Assembly (NCBI GenBank): GCA_963711835.1
Contig: CAVQFQ010000012.1
Span: forward strand, 83,776-147,775
From: an uncultured delta proteobacterium
GTDB taxonomy: Bacteria > Desulfobacterota > RBG-13-43-22
Length of the DNA stretch: 64,000 nucleotides
Direction: 5' to 3'
This document shows positions 1 through 8,536 of this stretch, piece by piece. The translations under genes were made by a program, and so were the position numbers. The notes beneath the pieces were generated by a model that was not told the origin of the DNA, made no database searches, and saw only the letters and a list, made by a program, of their open reading frames with translations. Within the stretch, counting starts at the first letter, position 1, and the number at the start of each line of letters is the position of its first letter.

Positions 1-276
1 TACGCCAAAGGACTTGGCCAGCTCGGCTTGCGTCAGGTTCAGTTTCTTACGGATACGCCGAATATCTGCGCTGATATCCCCCTCAGCCGCTCGCAAGAGT
101 GCCGCCTGGGCTTGGTGCAACGCCGGTAACTCTCAGTGTCCCAGACACCCTCGCCGCACGATGAGCAAATTTCGCCATGCATAGCGTGCAACGTCAATGA
201 ATGGCTTCCATAAGAAAGGGTTTCATCTTTGGTTTTGGCCACCATCTTCAGGATGACCACAGGCTGGACACTTCAT
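1..276 (-). CDS. mqsA: MqsA-family antitoxin (zinc finger + HTH); runs off the window, two frameshifts
   Basis: ATG at 276 gives MKCPACGHPE; the next frame gives ...GEICSSCGEGVW (second CxxC); a further frame gives ADIRRIRKKLNLTQAELAKSFGV (HTH). Confidence 0.85.
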
Positions 277-285
277 AATATGGCC

Positions 286-345
286 TCACTTGTCCTTGAA
301 TTGAATAATCGGCGGACGGTCGTCGCTGAAATAAGTTATCTTGAC
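286..345 (-). pseudogene. 3' remnant of an MqsR-like toxin
   Basis: VKITYFSDDRPPIIQFKDK* ends 10 bp before mqsA and resembles MqsR C-termini; the upstream part is replaced by an inverted-repeat element. Confidence 0.6.
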
Positions 346-598
346 CTCGAAGTTGCATAAAAATTGATCGATCAATGTTTTTTCTCAATTAAAACGGTGC
401 GTTCTAACGATTTCAGAGTCGAGACCAAAATTCACTCCAGGTGAGGTTTAACATTTTAAAAAGTATCGATCAATTTTTACCCTTCGGGAAAGTCTGGGAA
501 GCCGTCCCGCCCCGGCGGGATTGTCCAGGTCCCGCATAGGGGGATTCGCCCTGGACGCCTTGGATCTGCAACTTCCGAAACTTTTGCAACATCGAGGT
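344..598. mobile_element. MITE-like element with terminal inverted repeats
   Basis: ACCTCGAAGTTGCATAA at the left end and TTTTGCAACATCGAGGT at 582-598 (15/17 match); internal perfect 15-bp IR at 358-372/465-479; no ORF. Confidence 0.6.
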
Positions 599-797
599 TA
601 ATTCTGATTTTCAAAACCATCCCCCGTTTAAGAGCCAAGAGCAGACTTGACCCCTTTTCCATTATCTGTCAATAAGGAAATTCTTATCAAACGATCTTCA
701 TAGACTTGCTCCAGGGTTTCAAGTTGGTCTTCCACGCAGCGATAATAAGGGGTCTGTTTGGGGTTTATTCGAAACATGCATGGTGAGTTGAATAACT

Positions 798-2150
798 TTA
801 ATGCTGTTTGTTCTTCTTCTCCTCGTACATCAGCGTGTCTGCCTGGGCCATAAGTTCATCGAGAGAAAAGTGTTTTTTAGGGTCATAGGGTGCTATGCCT
901 ATGCTTAGGGAGAGTGTATAGCTTCTTCCTTCAGGTCTATTGTAATCATCAAGGTAATTATGTAGACGCTTCATGATAACTTCTCTGGTTTCATTAGTAG
1001 TATCTATTGCAAGGATAACAAATTCATCCCCTCCCATACGGCCTATGATATCTGATTCCCTGAATACCTCTTTGAGGATAGTTGCAATCTCAACAAGTGC
1101 CTTGTCACCCTCCTGGTGACCCAATATATCATTAATCTCTTTCATTTTATCCAGATCAGCAAAGAAGAGGAGCATGTCCTTCTTTGTCCTCTCTGTAACC
1201 TTCATCTGTTGCTGGGCAAGGGTGAAGAATCCTCTTCTATTATATAAGCCAGTAAGATCATCTATTATTGACATGGTCCGGAGTTTTTCTTCCAGTTCTT
1301 TGCGCTCGGTAACGTCCCTGAAATATGCGAGTGTGGTTGCTTCTCCTTGGAAGGCGACTCGTGTTGCCGAGATTTCAATATAGATTGGTGTGCCGTCTTT
1401 TCGGATCCCTTTAAATTCGTACCTCAAGGGGACGAACTCACCTCTTTCTCTCTTCCGGTTACGTTCTGCGACCATCTCAAGATCATCGGGGTGTACTGTT
1501 ATAAAATGGGGCTTCCCTATAACTTCTTCAGTTATGTCATAGCCGAAAATTTCCAGGAATTTTTGATTGACGTAGACGTGTCGGCCTTCCCGGACAAGGG
1601 CCACCCCGTCATGGGAGTGTTCGATCGCCGTCCGGTACCGTTCTTCCGATTCCCTCAGCTTGCTTTCCGCCTCTTTGCGCTCGGTGATGTCGCGAAATAT
1701 TCCCTGCAACAGCTTTCTGCCCTGGAGGTACAGGGGATTCGCTTTGATTTCCACTTCTCTAATGTCGCCTGTCCTGGTAACAACCTGCGTTTCTATGATT
1801 TGCCATTGTTTATCGGTCAGGTGTTGCTTGAATGTGGGGGAAACTGCCGCCTTGTCGTCTTGTGGTGGGTGCAGAATCATCTGCGGTCGCCCGATCAACT
1901 CTGCCCGCTCTCTGCATACTAAAGCCGCCAAGGCCTTGTTGCAATCAATGATGATTCCTGTTTCCGCATCCGCCAGGCAGATACCGTCCAGGGAATCGTT
2001 AAACAGGGTTCTGTAGTGTTCCTCTCTCTCCAGCAGCGCTTCCTCCGCATGCTTGCGCTCGGTTTCTGATTTTTCGAATTCAGCAATCCTCCGGCGAAGA
2101 TCTTCCAACTCCTGGATCAGTTGCTCTTTAGTCTTCCTGTTATCGTCCAT
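798..2150 (-). CDS. PAS-PAS-GGDEF diguanylate cyclase
   Basis: N-terminal coiled coil, two PAS/PAC domains ending FRDITERK and FRDVTERK, DDLTGLYNRRGF, intact GGDEF and RESD I-site. Confidence 0.95.
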   Translation of the reverse strand: MDDNRKTKEQLIQELEDLRRRIAEFEKSETERKHAEEALLEREEHYRTLFNDSLDGICLADAETGIIIDCNKALAALVCRERAELIGRPQMILHPPQDDKAAVSPTFKQHLTDKQWQIIETQVVTRTGDIREVEIKANPLYLQGRKLLQGIFRDITERKEAESKLRESEERYRTAIEHSHDGVALVREGRHVYVNQKFLEIFGYDITEEVIGKPHFITVHPDDLEMVAERNRKRERGEFVPLRYEFKGIRKDGTPIYIEISATRVAFQGEATTLAYFRDVTERKELEEKLRTMSIIDDLTGLYNRRGFFTLAQQQMKVTERTKKDMLLFFADLDKMKEINDILGHQEGDKALVEIATILKEVFRESDIIGRMGGDEFVILAIDTTNETREVIMKRLHNYLDDYNRPEGRSYTLSLSIGIAPYDPKKHFSLDELMAQADTLMYEEKKNKQH

Positions 2151-2393
2151 TCTTGAAATCTCCTGGTAAGGCTTTCACAATGAAAACTTTCACCCAAACC
2201 CAAAACCCTCGAACTTCAAATAGACTACTCGGACTCCCAGCTTCCTTTTTATGAGGATCAGGATTTCGGAAATTCCTCTGATCACTCGACCGGTTAAAGG
2301 AAATTCGGGAGGCAACGGGAGTAGTTTGGCCAAATTGTGGAAGTCTGCCCCATTTTTTCCTCTTATCCCTCCCTATTTGTAAAAACTACCTCG

Positions 2394-2640
2394 TGGAAAT
2401 GGGGACGCTGATAAAAAAGTAAATTACCATAGGGGAGCATTTGATGTGTTTACCATATATACCGAATGAGTTTATTACTTATTGATTCCTGTGAAGTAAC
2501 CCTGGTTTTTGAAATAATGATGATTCTCACAATAATTTTTTGTAGTATTTACCGGATATTGAAAACAGCATACTTTATTATTTTACTTCAAATTGGGTTA
2601 CTTCTCAGGAATCACTTATTTACCAGCGTCCCCATTTCCA
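2394..2640. mobile_element. Non-autonomous element bounded by GGGGACG...CGTCCCC (RAYT-type) inverted ends
   Basis: TGGAAATGGGGACGCTGATAAAAAAGT (2394-2420) versus 2614-2640, 25/27 inverted match; contains the nested 132-bp MITE. Confidence 0.65.
2483..2614. mobile_element. 132-bp MITE, copy 1
   Basis: 20-bp TIR TGATTCCTG(T/A)GAAGTAACCC, TG...CA ends, 5-bp target duplication CTTAT; near-identical to 51084-51215. Confidence 0.9.
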
Positions 2641-2671
2641 TTAACCTCGATATTTAAAAGCCATGAGAAAG

Positions 2672-3931
2672 TCAGTTTAGATCATGTGTTGTCTTAATCG
2701 GTTGTATCTTTAATACTTCTTCGGCTATTATTGAAAGTACCTCCGCTCGTAGCTCATCGATTGAAATAGAATTTTGACCTGAGCATCGTTGTCTCATGTC
2801 ATCGTTTGCTACAAATTTCGCTGGACTAACCCCACCAAACACGTTTTGAATTCTTTCATTTTCACAACGGCGATACTCGCCTCCAACCTTTCCTCGGATT
2901 AACTTATCAAATATTGTATTATTTTCTTTTACTGCCATCACTACATACCCATACTCAATAAATGTTCCACCCGAGATGACTTCATAGAGATATGTTGAAT
3001 TTCTCGGCATAAGTAGAATCGCACCAACGAAATTTACTTGTCCTACTGAATAAGAAATAGTTTGTGATCTTTCGGGTATCGTTTTTTCATCATGGCGCAC
3101 TCTCTCAATTATCAACGCAATTGATTTTTCTTTAGGGACATTAACCCATTCAACTCCCCTGATTTTGCTACGGAAAATTTGGAGCAAATCTTCATATAAA
3201 AGGCGATCCCCCCCTTTTAAATATAAAAATACGTGTGTAGTCAATTCATCTTTTCGTTTATTAGCAAATTCAGGGAAGACCGTCCCAATTAGCCCGATTT
3301 CATTGCTTCGAATGTTAATTGTTGGTAAAAGGGACTCTATTCTCTTTCCCTCCTCCGAATCTGGTCCGACTTTTTTAACATATTCGACTAAAGCTCTTAT
3401 CGGTCTACTTCCTGAACCATTGCTCTGAAAATCTCTGATTGACCGATTAACTATGATCTGCTGGTGTTGAGGGGTATCGAGGGATGGGAAGAGGCCTATA
3501 TCATCGCCTAAAATGAAATGAATTGTCCCTTTAATGTTGCCCTCGGTGACCACTTTTTCCAGTTTTTCATAAAGACTACTAACTTCAGCTGGTTGGAATA
3601 AGTTGGCGGAATCTAAAAATAATAATCTCCTATAGGCAGTGACAGCGTGATTGGGAGCCGATATTTTGTCAATCAATTTTTCAAAATTTGCGAGGTAATA
3701 ATATCGAATCGCTGGATAGCTGTGGAATAGCTCCCTCACTTTAGGAATGGCCGTTGGACGAGCCAGAGCTTTATCGATATGTTGTACCCCATTAATATTT
3801 TCGTTTTTAGAGAAAGCTACTCGCGCCTCATCAATATGATAAGTAGCTTGGTCTTCGTTTGTCCGTGGATAGGTAGCACATCCCAAAAAAAAGATAGTTA
3901 CGCTTATTGTGACTATAATGCTTAATTTCAT
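2672..3931 (-). CDS. Hypothetical lipoprotein
   Basis: 419-aa ORF with signal peptide and lipobox FFLGC; AT-rich; no family recognised. Confidence 0.75.
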   Translation of the reverse strand: MKLSIIVTISVTIFFLGCATYPRTNEDQATYHIDEARVAFSKNENINGVQHIDKALARPTAIPKVRELFHSYPAIRYYYLANFEKLIDKISAPNHAVTAYRRLLFLDSANLFQPAEVSSLYEKLEKVVTEGNIKGTIHFILGDDIGLFPSLDTPQHQQIIVNRSIRDFQSNGSGSRPIRALVEYVKKVGPDSEEGKRIESLLPTINIRSNEIGLIGTVFPEFANKRKDELTTHVFLYLKGGDRLLYEDLLQIFRSKIRGVEWVNVPKEKSIALIIERVRHDEKTIPERSQTISYSVGQVNFVGAILLMPRNSTYLYEVISGGTFIEYGYVVMAVKENNTIFDKLIRGKVGGEYRRCENERIQNVFGGVSPAKFVANDDMRQRCSGQNSISIDELRAEVLSIIAEEVLKIQPIKTTHDLN

Positions 3932-4060
3932 TTTCCTATTCTTTCTTTACGTCTCTTGAGTACACTAAAGATCAGAATTGCGAACCTGTTACCTTTTCTC
4001 CCTCACGAAGACTTGACTCTTTGATTGTATTAACTTTAGGATCTGTTCTCTTTAAGTATT

Positions 4061-4822
4061 TTATTTAATAATTTTATAAATTCCCCCAGATTTGCTAATA
4101 TTAACACGGTGCTCTCTCTGTAGATGGTGAATGTGAGTTTCGATTCTTCTGGCGGTTGTAATTAAATCCCTAGTTGAAAACCCTTTTTCTATCAGTATGG
4201 AAGCCATTTTTCTTATTGAGGCTCCTTTTTCTAATAATCTATCTATCATCCCCCCTTGTTTTTCAAAACTATGATTATATTCACTGCGCTCAAAGCCATT
4301 AGATTTAGGCAACACATTATAGGATTTATTTTTCTTCATTGGTTGGACAGTAAGAGTATTTGTCTTATTAGACCCTACAACCATAGGGGCATCCATTCGT
4401 TTAATTTGATGAGCAGTAAACGGTTCAATATCTTCGGGAGTAAAACATTTAAGCAGCTCTTCATCATTTTTATCCTTAAGGAAATTGATTAGATTCGAAA
4501 TCGTTAATTCTTTCCATTCTATTCCATGATGGTCCAATGCACGTCGTAAATTAAATGGGACTTTATTATTAACCAACATTACTCTGATTGTTGGATCATC
4601 TGCAGTAAGCAATAATCCCTCATAATCCAAAATTTGACCTATGTGATCCCTTTTTATAATTCCCAATTTTAATTCGACAATGAGTTTATTTTTATGTCTG
4701 TCTTCAAATAAGACATCAACATACTTACCTTTTAGATTAACTTGCCTTCCGCTTAATAATAACCCACCTTCTATCAATTCAGGATATTTAACCAGGATAT
4801 TTTCAAATTCATGTTCTTTCAT
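4061..4822 (-). CDS. NucS/DUF91-like PD-(D/E)xK endonuclease domain with a C-terminal putative HTH
   Basis: VDVLFED...IVELK...GQILDY motifs; basic helical C-terminus. Confidence 0.7.
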   Translation of the reverse strand: MKEHEFENILVKYPELIEGGLLLSGRQVNLKGKYVDVLFEDRHKNKLIVELKLGIIKRDHIGQILDYEGLLLTADDPTIRVMLVNNKVPFNLRRALDHHGIEWKELTISNLINFLKDKNDEELLKCFTPEDIEPFTAHQIKRMDAPMVVGSNKTNTLTVQPMKKNKSYNVLPKSNGFERSEYNHSFEKQGGMIDRLLEKGASIRKMASILIEKGFSTRDLITTARRIETHIHHLQREHRVNISKSGGIYKIIK

Positions 4823-4884
4823 AGTTACCCCTTGTTAATGTCTGATTATAAATACCGTAGACAGGCCGTATTCGCTGAGTGAAC

Positions 4885-5097
4885 TTATTTTTCTTGGGAA
4901 TGATTAAGGTGGTCATAAATGGAATCCCCTGTATCGTAGGATTCAAAAAACTTTTTTTTCGATGCCTCTCGCCACATGGAATCCTCGTCACCCTCATCAA
5001 TAATAGATATTTGAATGCGCTTTCCCGGTTCAGCGGAAATGGGTTGACTCAGTTCCAGATGGGTCAAATCCACTATTTTTGCTGAAATAATTTCCAT
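4885..5097 (-). CDS. Small acidic antitoxin-like protein
   Basis: ATG at 5097 behind an AAGGAGGA RBS; MEIISAKIVD...YDTGDSIYD; located among TA remnants. Confidence 0.45.
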   Translation of the reverse strand: MEIISAKIVDLTHLELSQPISAEPGKRIQISIIDEGDEDSMWREASKKKFFESYDTGDSIYDHLNHSQEK

Positions 5098-5222
5098 TTC
5101 TCCTCCTTTTAAGCCCTTCCAGTCTTCTTCTACTACCGGGGAAACAATGTCCCCCATAAAGGTGACGGTGTTTTTTGAGGAAGGTTTGCGGTCGGTTTTA
5201 GAATTGTCTTGGAAATCGTTAT

Positions 5223-5633
5223 TCATCGTCCACGAACCCCTTCAATGTAGCGATCCGTACTGGAGGGTTTCTTTAAAATCCCCGAGACCGCATCCACCGG
5301 ATGTTCCTTCTTACTCCCCTTCTGAATTATTTGAATATTTTCAAAAACCTTTTCATCAATCTGGCTCAATTCCCAGTTGTTCTGCAAGTTAAGCCAAAAC
5401 CGGGGGCTTCCTCCCAAAGCCTTCGATAGCTTCCTCGCCATTTCAGCGCTTATCCCTCTTTTTCCACGAATTATTTCATTAATAGTTTTTGGCAGCACGC
5501 CAATATGTTTCGCCAGAGCCGATTGGGTAAGACCAATTTCCTCAAGTTCATCCCGGAGTACTTCCCCGGGATGAACAGGGGTATAATGATTGATATCCTG
5601 TGTGCCTTTATTTTTAAAGGTTTTTATGGCCAT
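5223..5633 (-). CDS. higA: HigA-family antitoxin with chimeric N- and C-termini
   Basis: PVHPGEVL...LTQSALA...INEIIRGKRGISAEMA...SPRFWLNLQ; the N-terminal MAIKTFKNKGT resembles the start of HigB. Confidence 0.85.
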   Translation of the reverse strand: MAIKTFKNKGTQDINHYTPVHPGEVLRDELEEIGLTQSALAKHIGVLPKTINEIIRGKRGISAEMARKLSKALGGSPRFWLNLQNNWELSQIDEKVFENIQIIQKGSKKEHPVDAVSGILKKPSSTDRYIEGVRGR

Positions 5634-5729
5634 TTTTTGTCTTAAAGAAATTCTGTCTAACTATACCACATTCCGGTATAATATCGAAAAAAATTCAAGT
5701 GGTCCCAACCTGTTCTGAACAGGCCAAGA

Positions 5730-8486
5730 CTAATTCCCGGGTGAAACCTGAGGGGCATGGATCTCAACTTTTTCCACTGACCACCAGTAGACCGGATCGG
5801 ACTGAGTCAAGGTCAAGCGCAGGAATCGTGTCTTAATGGCCGGCTGACACCGGTATCGCATCCAGGAACCTCGGCTCGAAAGTAGAAGCTGGCCGCTGAA
5901 AACAAGGGGTTCCGTTTGATCCAACGATACCGGATCCCAATTCCTGCCATCCTGAGAGAATTCGGCTCTCAAACCCCGAGGATAGTCATCAGCGTAATAG
6001 GGGTTGTGAAGCGTTATCCACTCGACAGGTTGGCTTCGGCCACCATCCAAAATCAGGCTTAAACCGGGTCGCTGGGGAGTTCCTGTACTCCACCGTTTGC
6101 CCTTGATATAACCATGCACTAATCCTGCCGCTTCTTTTGGGTTGGACTCCGAATAGGAGGCGGCCAAGGGTAGGCTACCCTTCATCTGCCTACCCTGTAG
6201 AATAAAAAGTGTGTAACGACCCAGATCCATTGATCGGGAGCGGATGCCCGAACGGCCCAAGCGCAAAGCCACTTCGGAGGTTTCCCGCTTGGCGATCAGC
6301 AAGCCGTTCCCAACCCCGGGATCCAGCAAGGGGAGGGTGTGAGGGAGGACAAGACCAACCTCATCATTATATTCATTGGCTAATAAAACCGCAGGCTGCA
6401 GTCCCACTCGACTTCTAATAACAGCCGAGGGCCAGGCATCGGCATAGACCCTTCTAAGGGGAAGCGTTGAAAACACCCTGACCAGTTGGTCGGCTGTTTG
6501 AGACCAGGTAGGAAGTCTCATCCGTTGGCCGGGGCCAAAGACCAAACATTCTCTGGTGCTCAGGTCTAAATGGTCCTGACCCAGGTTCGTCAGGCGAAGA
6601 TAGCGCAGGGTTTGCGGTTTGAAATAACATTCCACCCTGGGGTAGCGGATTTTAAGAAAGGGATGAGGTCCGGAGAAATAAAAAGGCCCCCAATACCCAT
6701 TCGTTTCCCTGATGATTTTGAAATTTAAATCGGACCCGGCCCCCTCCAAACGTAAGCCGGCCGGCATTTTTCTGAAATCTTCAACAATCAAGGCCAGGCC
6801 GCTTACGGCTTCCTCTCGTCCAAAATCCAGGAGAAAGCCGTTCCCCTCGGCCTCTTTTTCGCCGACGGTAAACCCGGTGGTAAAATCGCCATCATGAAGA
6901 GACCGGCCCAGGTCCTCCCCCTGTAAAGAGTAAAACTTCCACTGGTCTCTTTCTAAAAGACGTTCGGCACCTTGAGGTTCAGCAAAGGAATGAAAAATTC
7001 TATTTTGCCAGAGCCGATAAGACAGACCCAATAAATGGGCACTTTTTCCAATCTCTTCCATAAAACCCGGGTTTATCGCAGCATCGACCAGGACCGAAGA
7101 AGAGACTTGTTCTTCTGCCCAGGGATGGGAAATGATGGGCTTCCCGGCGGCCAGGAAGGCCATCTGAAGATCGTCACCATAGAGGTATTCAAAACCTTCT
7201 TTCCTGATGGTCTCCAATTGCTCCTTCATTTTTCCTTCCCGCTGGAGATAAAAACCCTGGCGGACATCCAGCAGGCTTCCCCCAACACCCCAATTAATCC
7301 TGAAAGTGCTATAGCCGTGAATAGCCGTGCCGACTACCAATAAGGCCAGAAGGAGCGTTGGCCAAGGGGCTTTCCATCTTACCGTTCCCCAGAATCCCCA
7401 GCACCAGGGAAGAATCAGAATTAGAGGAAGCAAATAGCGTTGGTCAAAGGAACCTATACTCTGCCAGTTCCCCCCAATAAGGAGCGCGCTGCAATTGACC
7501 AGCACCAGCACCGGGGGGAGCAGATTCGTCCGGATTGGAGAGCGAAGACCGGATAGGGTCAATCGGACCAGAGAAACCAAAAAAAGACTTAGCCAACCGA
7601 GGCTGGTTAAAAATTTCAAGGAGTTGATGGAGAGGCCGTCGATACCGGCCAATGAGTGAATCCCAAAAAGTCCGGGAAGGGCAATAAAGAAAAAGTTGTT
7701 TAGACGTTTACCGATAAAAAGTACTTCCTGGGCGGTTTCTATATTCCACCAAGGCCAGCCGTAATAAAGGCAAAAATAGATGAGCGGACTGGCTCCGACC
7801 AGGAGTCCAAGAATCAGCCAAGGGAAGGAGGGTCTCCAAAAATAAAACCGGAGCATCAGTAATAAAAAAAACCCGCAAGTCCCGATGACAATGGCTGTAA
7901 GAAAATTGGTCCAAAAGGCGCATCCTGAAAGAAGACCCCAAATGAAAAAAACCTTTGAATCGGGTTTGTTCCTTTCCAGCACTGTAACAGTCAGGAGAAG
8001 TATAAGGGCAGAAAGGAAGAGAGCCAGGGGATAATGGGTCCGGGCCTCCCCGACCCAATACAAGGCAAAGGCTGGAGGAAAGGCCAGACAGGCTATTCCT
8101 ATCATCAAACCCCAAGACTGGAGTTGTTTTTTCAATATCCAATACAAGACCAGCATGGTCCCCAGGGAAAGCAGAAAAGGCAAAAAATTAACAGCCAGAG
8201 AAGAAGCACCGGTCCAGGCATAGATGGGTGCGGCCAGATAAGCATCCAGGGTACCCATAAACTTCTGACCGTAAAAAAAAAGGGGGAAGTTGCCTTTTAG
8301 GACATCCAATCCCAACAGTCCGCAGGTGGCTGCATCCCGATCCATAACCGCGGAGGCATATCTCCATAAACGCAGAACCACCGCCGTGGAAAAAAGAAGA
8401 ATAACCAAGCCGCTCCTCCAGGCTGATTTTTTCACCGAATTCGTTTGAAAGTCGCCCCTTTCAGAGAAGGCCATTTTTTCTCTCAT
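5730..8486 (-). CDS. GT-C (ArnT/PMT-like) membrane glycosyltransferase with C-terminal discoidin/F5-8C domains
   Basis: DRDAA...FPLFFYGQKFMG, about 11-13 TM segments, then LLDFG...YLRLT and RWSTGTPQ...LILDGG...FSQDGRNW...FLRLTLT..WWSV. Confidence 0.75.
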   Translation of the reverse strand: MREKMAFSERGDFQTNSVKKSAWRSGLVILLFSTAVVLRLWRYASAVMDRDAATCGLLGLDVLKGNFPLFFYGQKFMGTLDAYLAAPIYAWTGASSLAVNFLPFLLSLGTMLVLYWILKKQLQSWGLMIGIACLAFPPAFALYWVGEARTHYPLALFLSALILLLTVTVLERNKPDSKVFFIWGLLSGCAFWTNFLTAIVIGTCGFFLLLMLRFYFWRPSFPWLILGLLVGASPLIYFCLYYGWPWWNIETAQEVLFIGKRLNNFFFIALPGLFGIHSLAGIDGLSINSLKFLTSLGWLSLFLVSLVRLTLSGLRSPIRTNLLPPVLVLVNCSALLIGGNWQSIGSFDQRYLLPLILILPWCWGFWGTVRWKAPWPTLLLALLVVGTAIHGYSTFRINWGVGGSLLDVRQGFYLQREGKMKEQLETIRKEGFEYLYGDDLQMAFLAAGKPIISHPWAEEQVSSSVLVDAAINPGFMEEIGKSAHLLGLSYRLWQNRIFHSFAEPQGAERLLERDQWKFYSLQGEDLGRSLHDGDFTTGFTVGEKEAEGNGFLLDFGREEAVSGLALIVEDFRKMPAGLRLEGAGSDLNFKIIRETNGYWGPFYFSGPHPFLKIRYPRVECYFKPQTLRYLRLTNLGQDHLDLSTRECLVFGPGQRMRLPTWSQTADQLVRVFSTLPLRRVYADAWPSAVIRSRVGLQPAVLLANEYNDEVGLVLPHTLPLLDPGVGNGLLIAKRETSEVALRLGRSGIRSRSMDLGRYTLFILQGRQMKGSLPLAASYSESNPKEAAGLVHGYIKGKRWSTGTPQRPGLSLILDGGRSQPVEWITLHNPYYADDYPRGLRAEFSQDGRNWDPVSLDQTEPLVFSGQLLLSSRGSWMRYRCQPAIKTRFLRLTLTQSDPVYWWSVEKVEIHAPQVSPGN

Positions 8487-8536
8487 GCACCGTTTTCACA
8501 AGACTATTAAGAATTTTTCTTTAAAAACGTTTCCCT

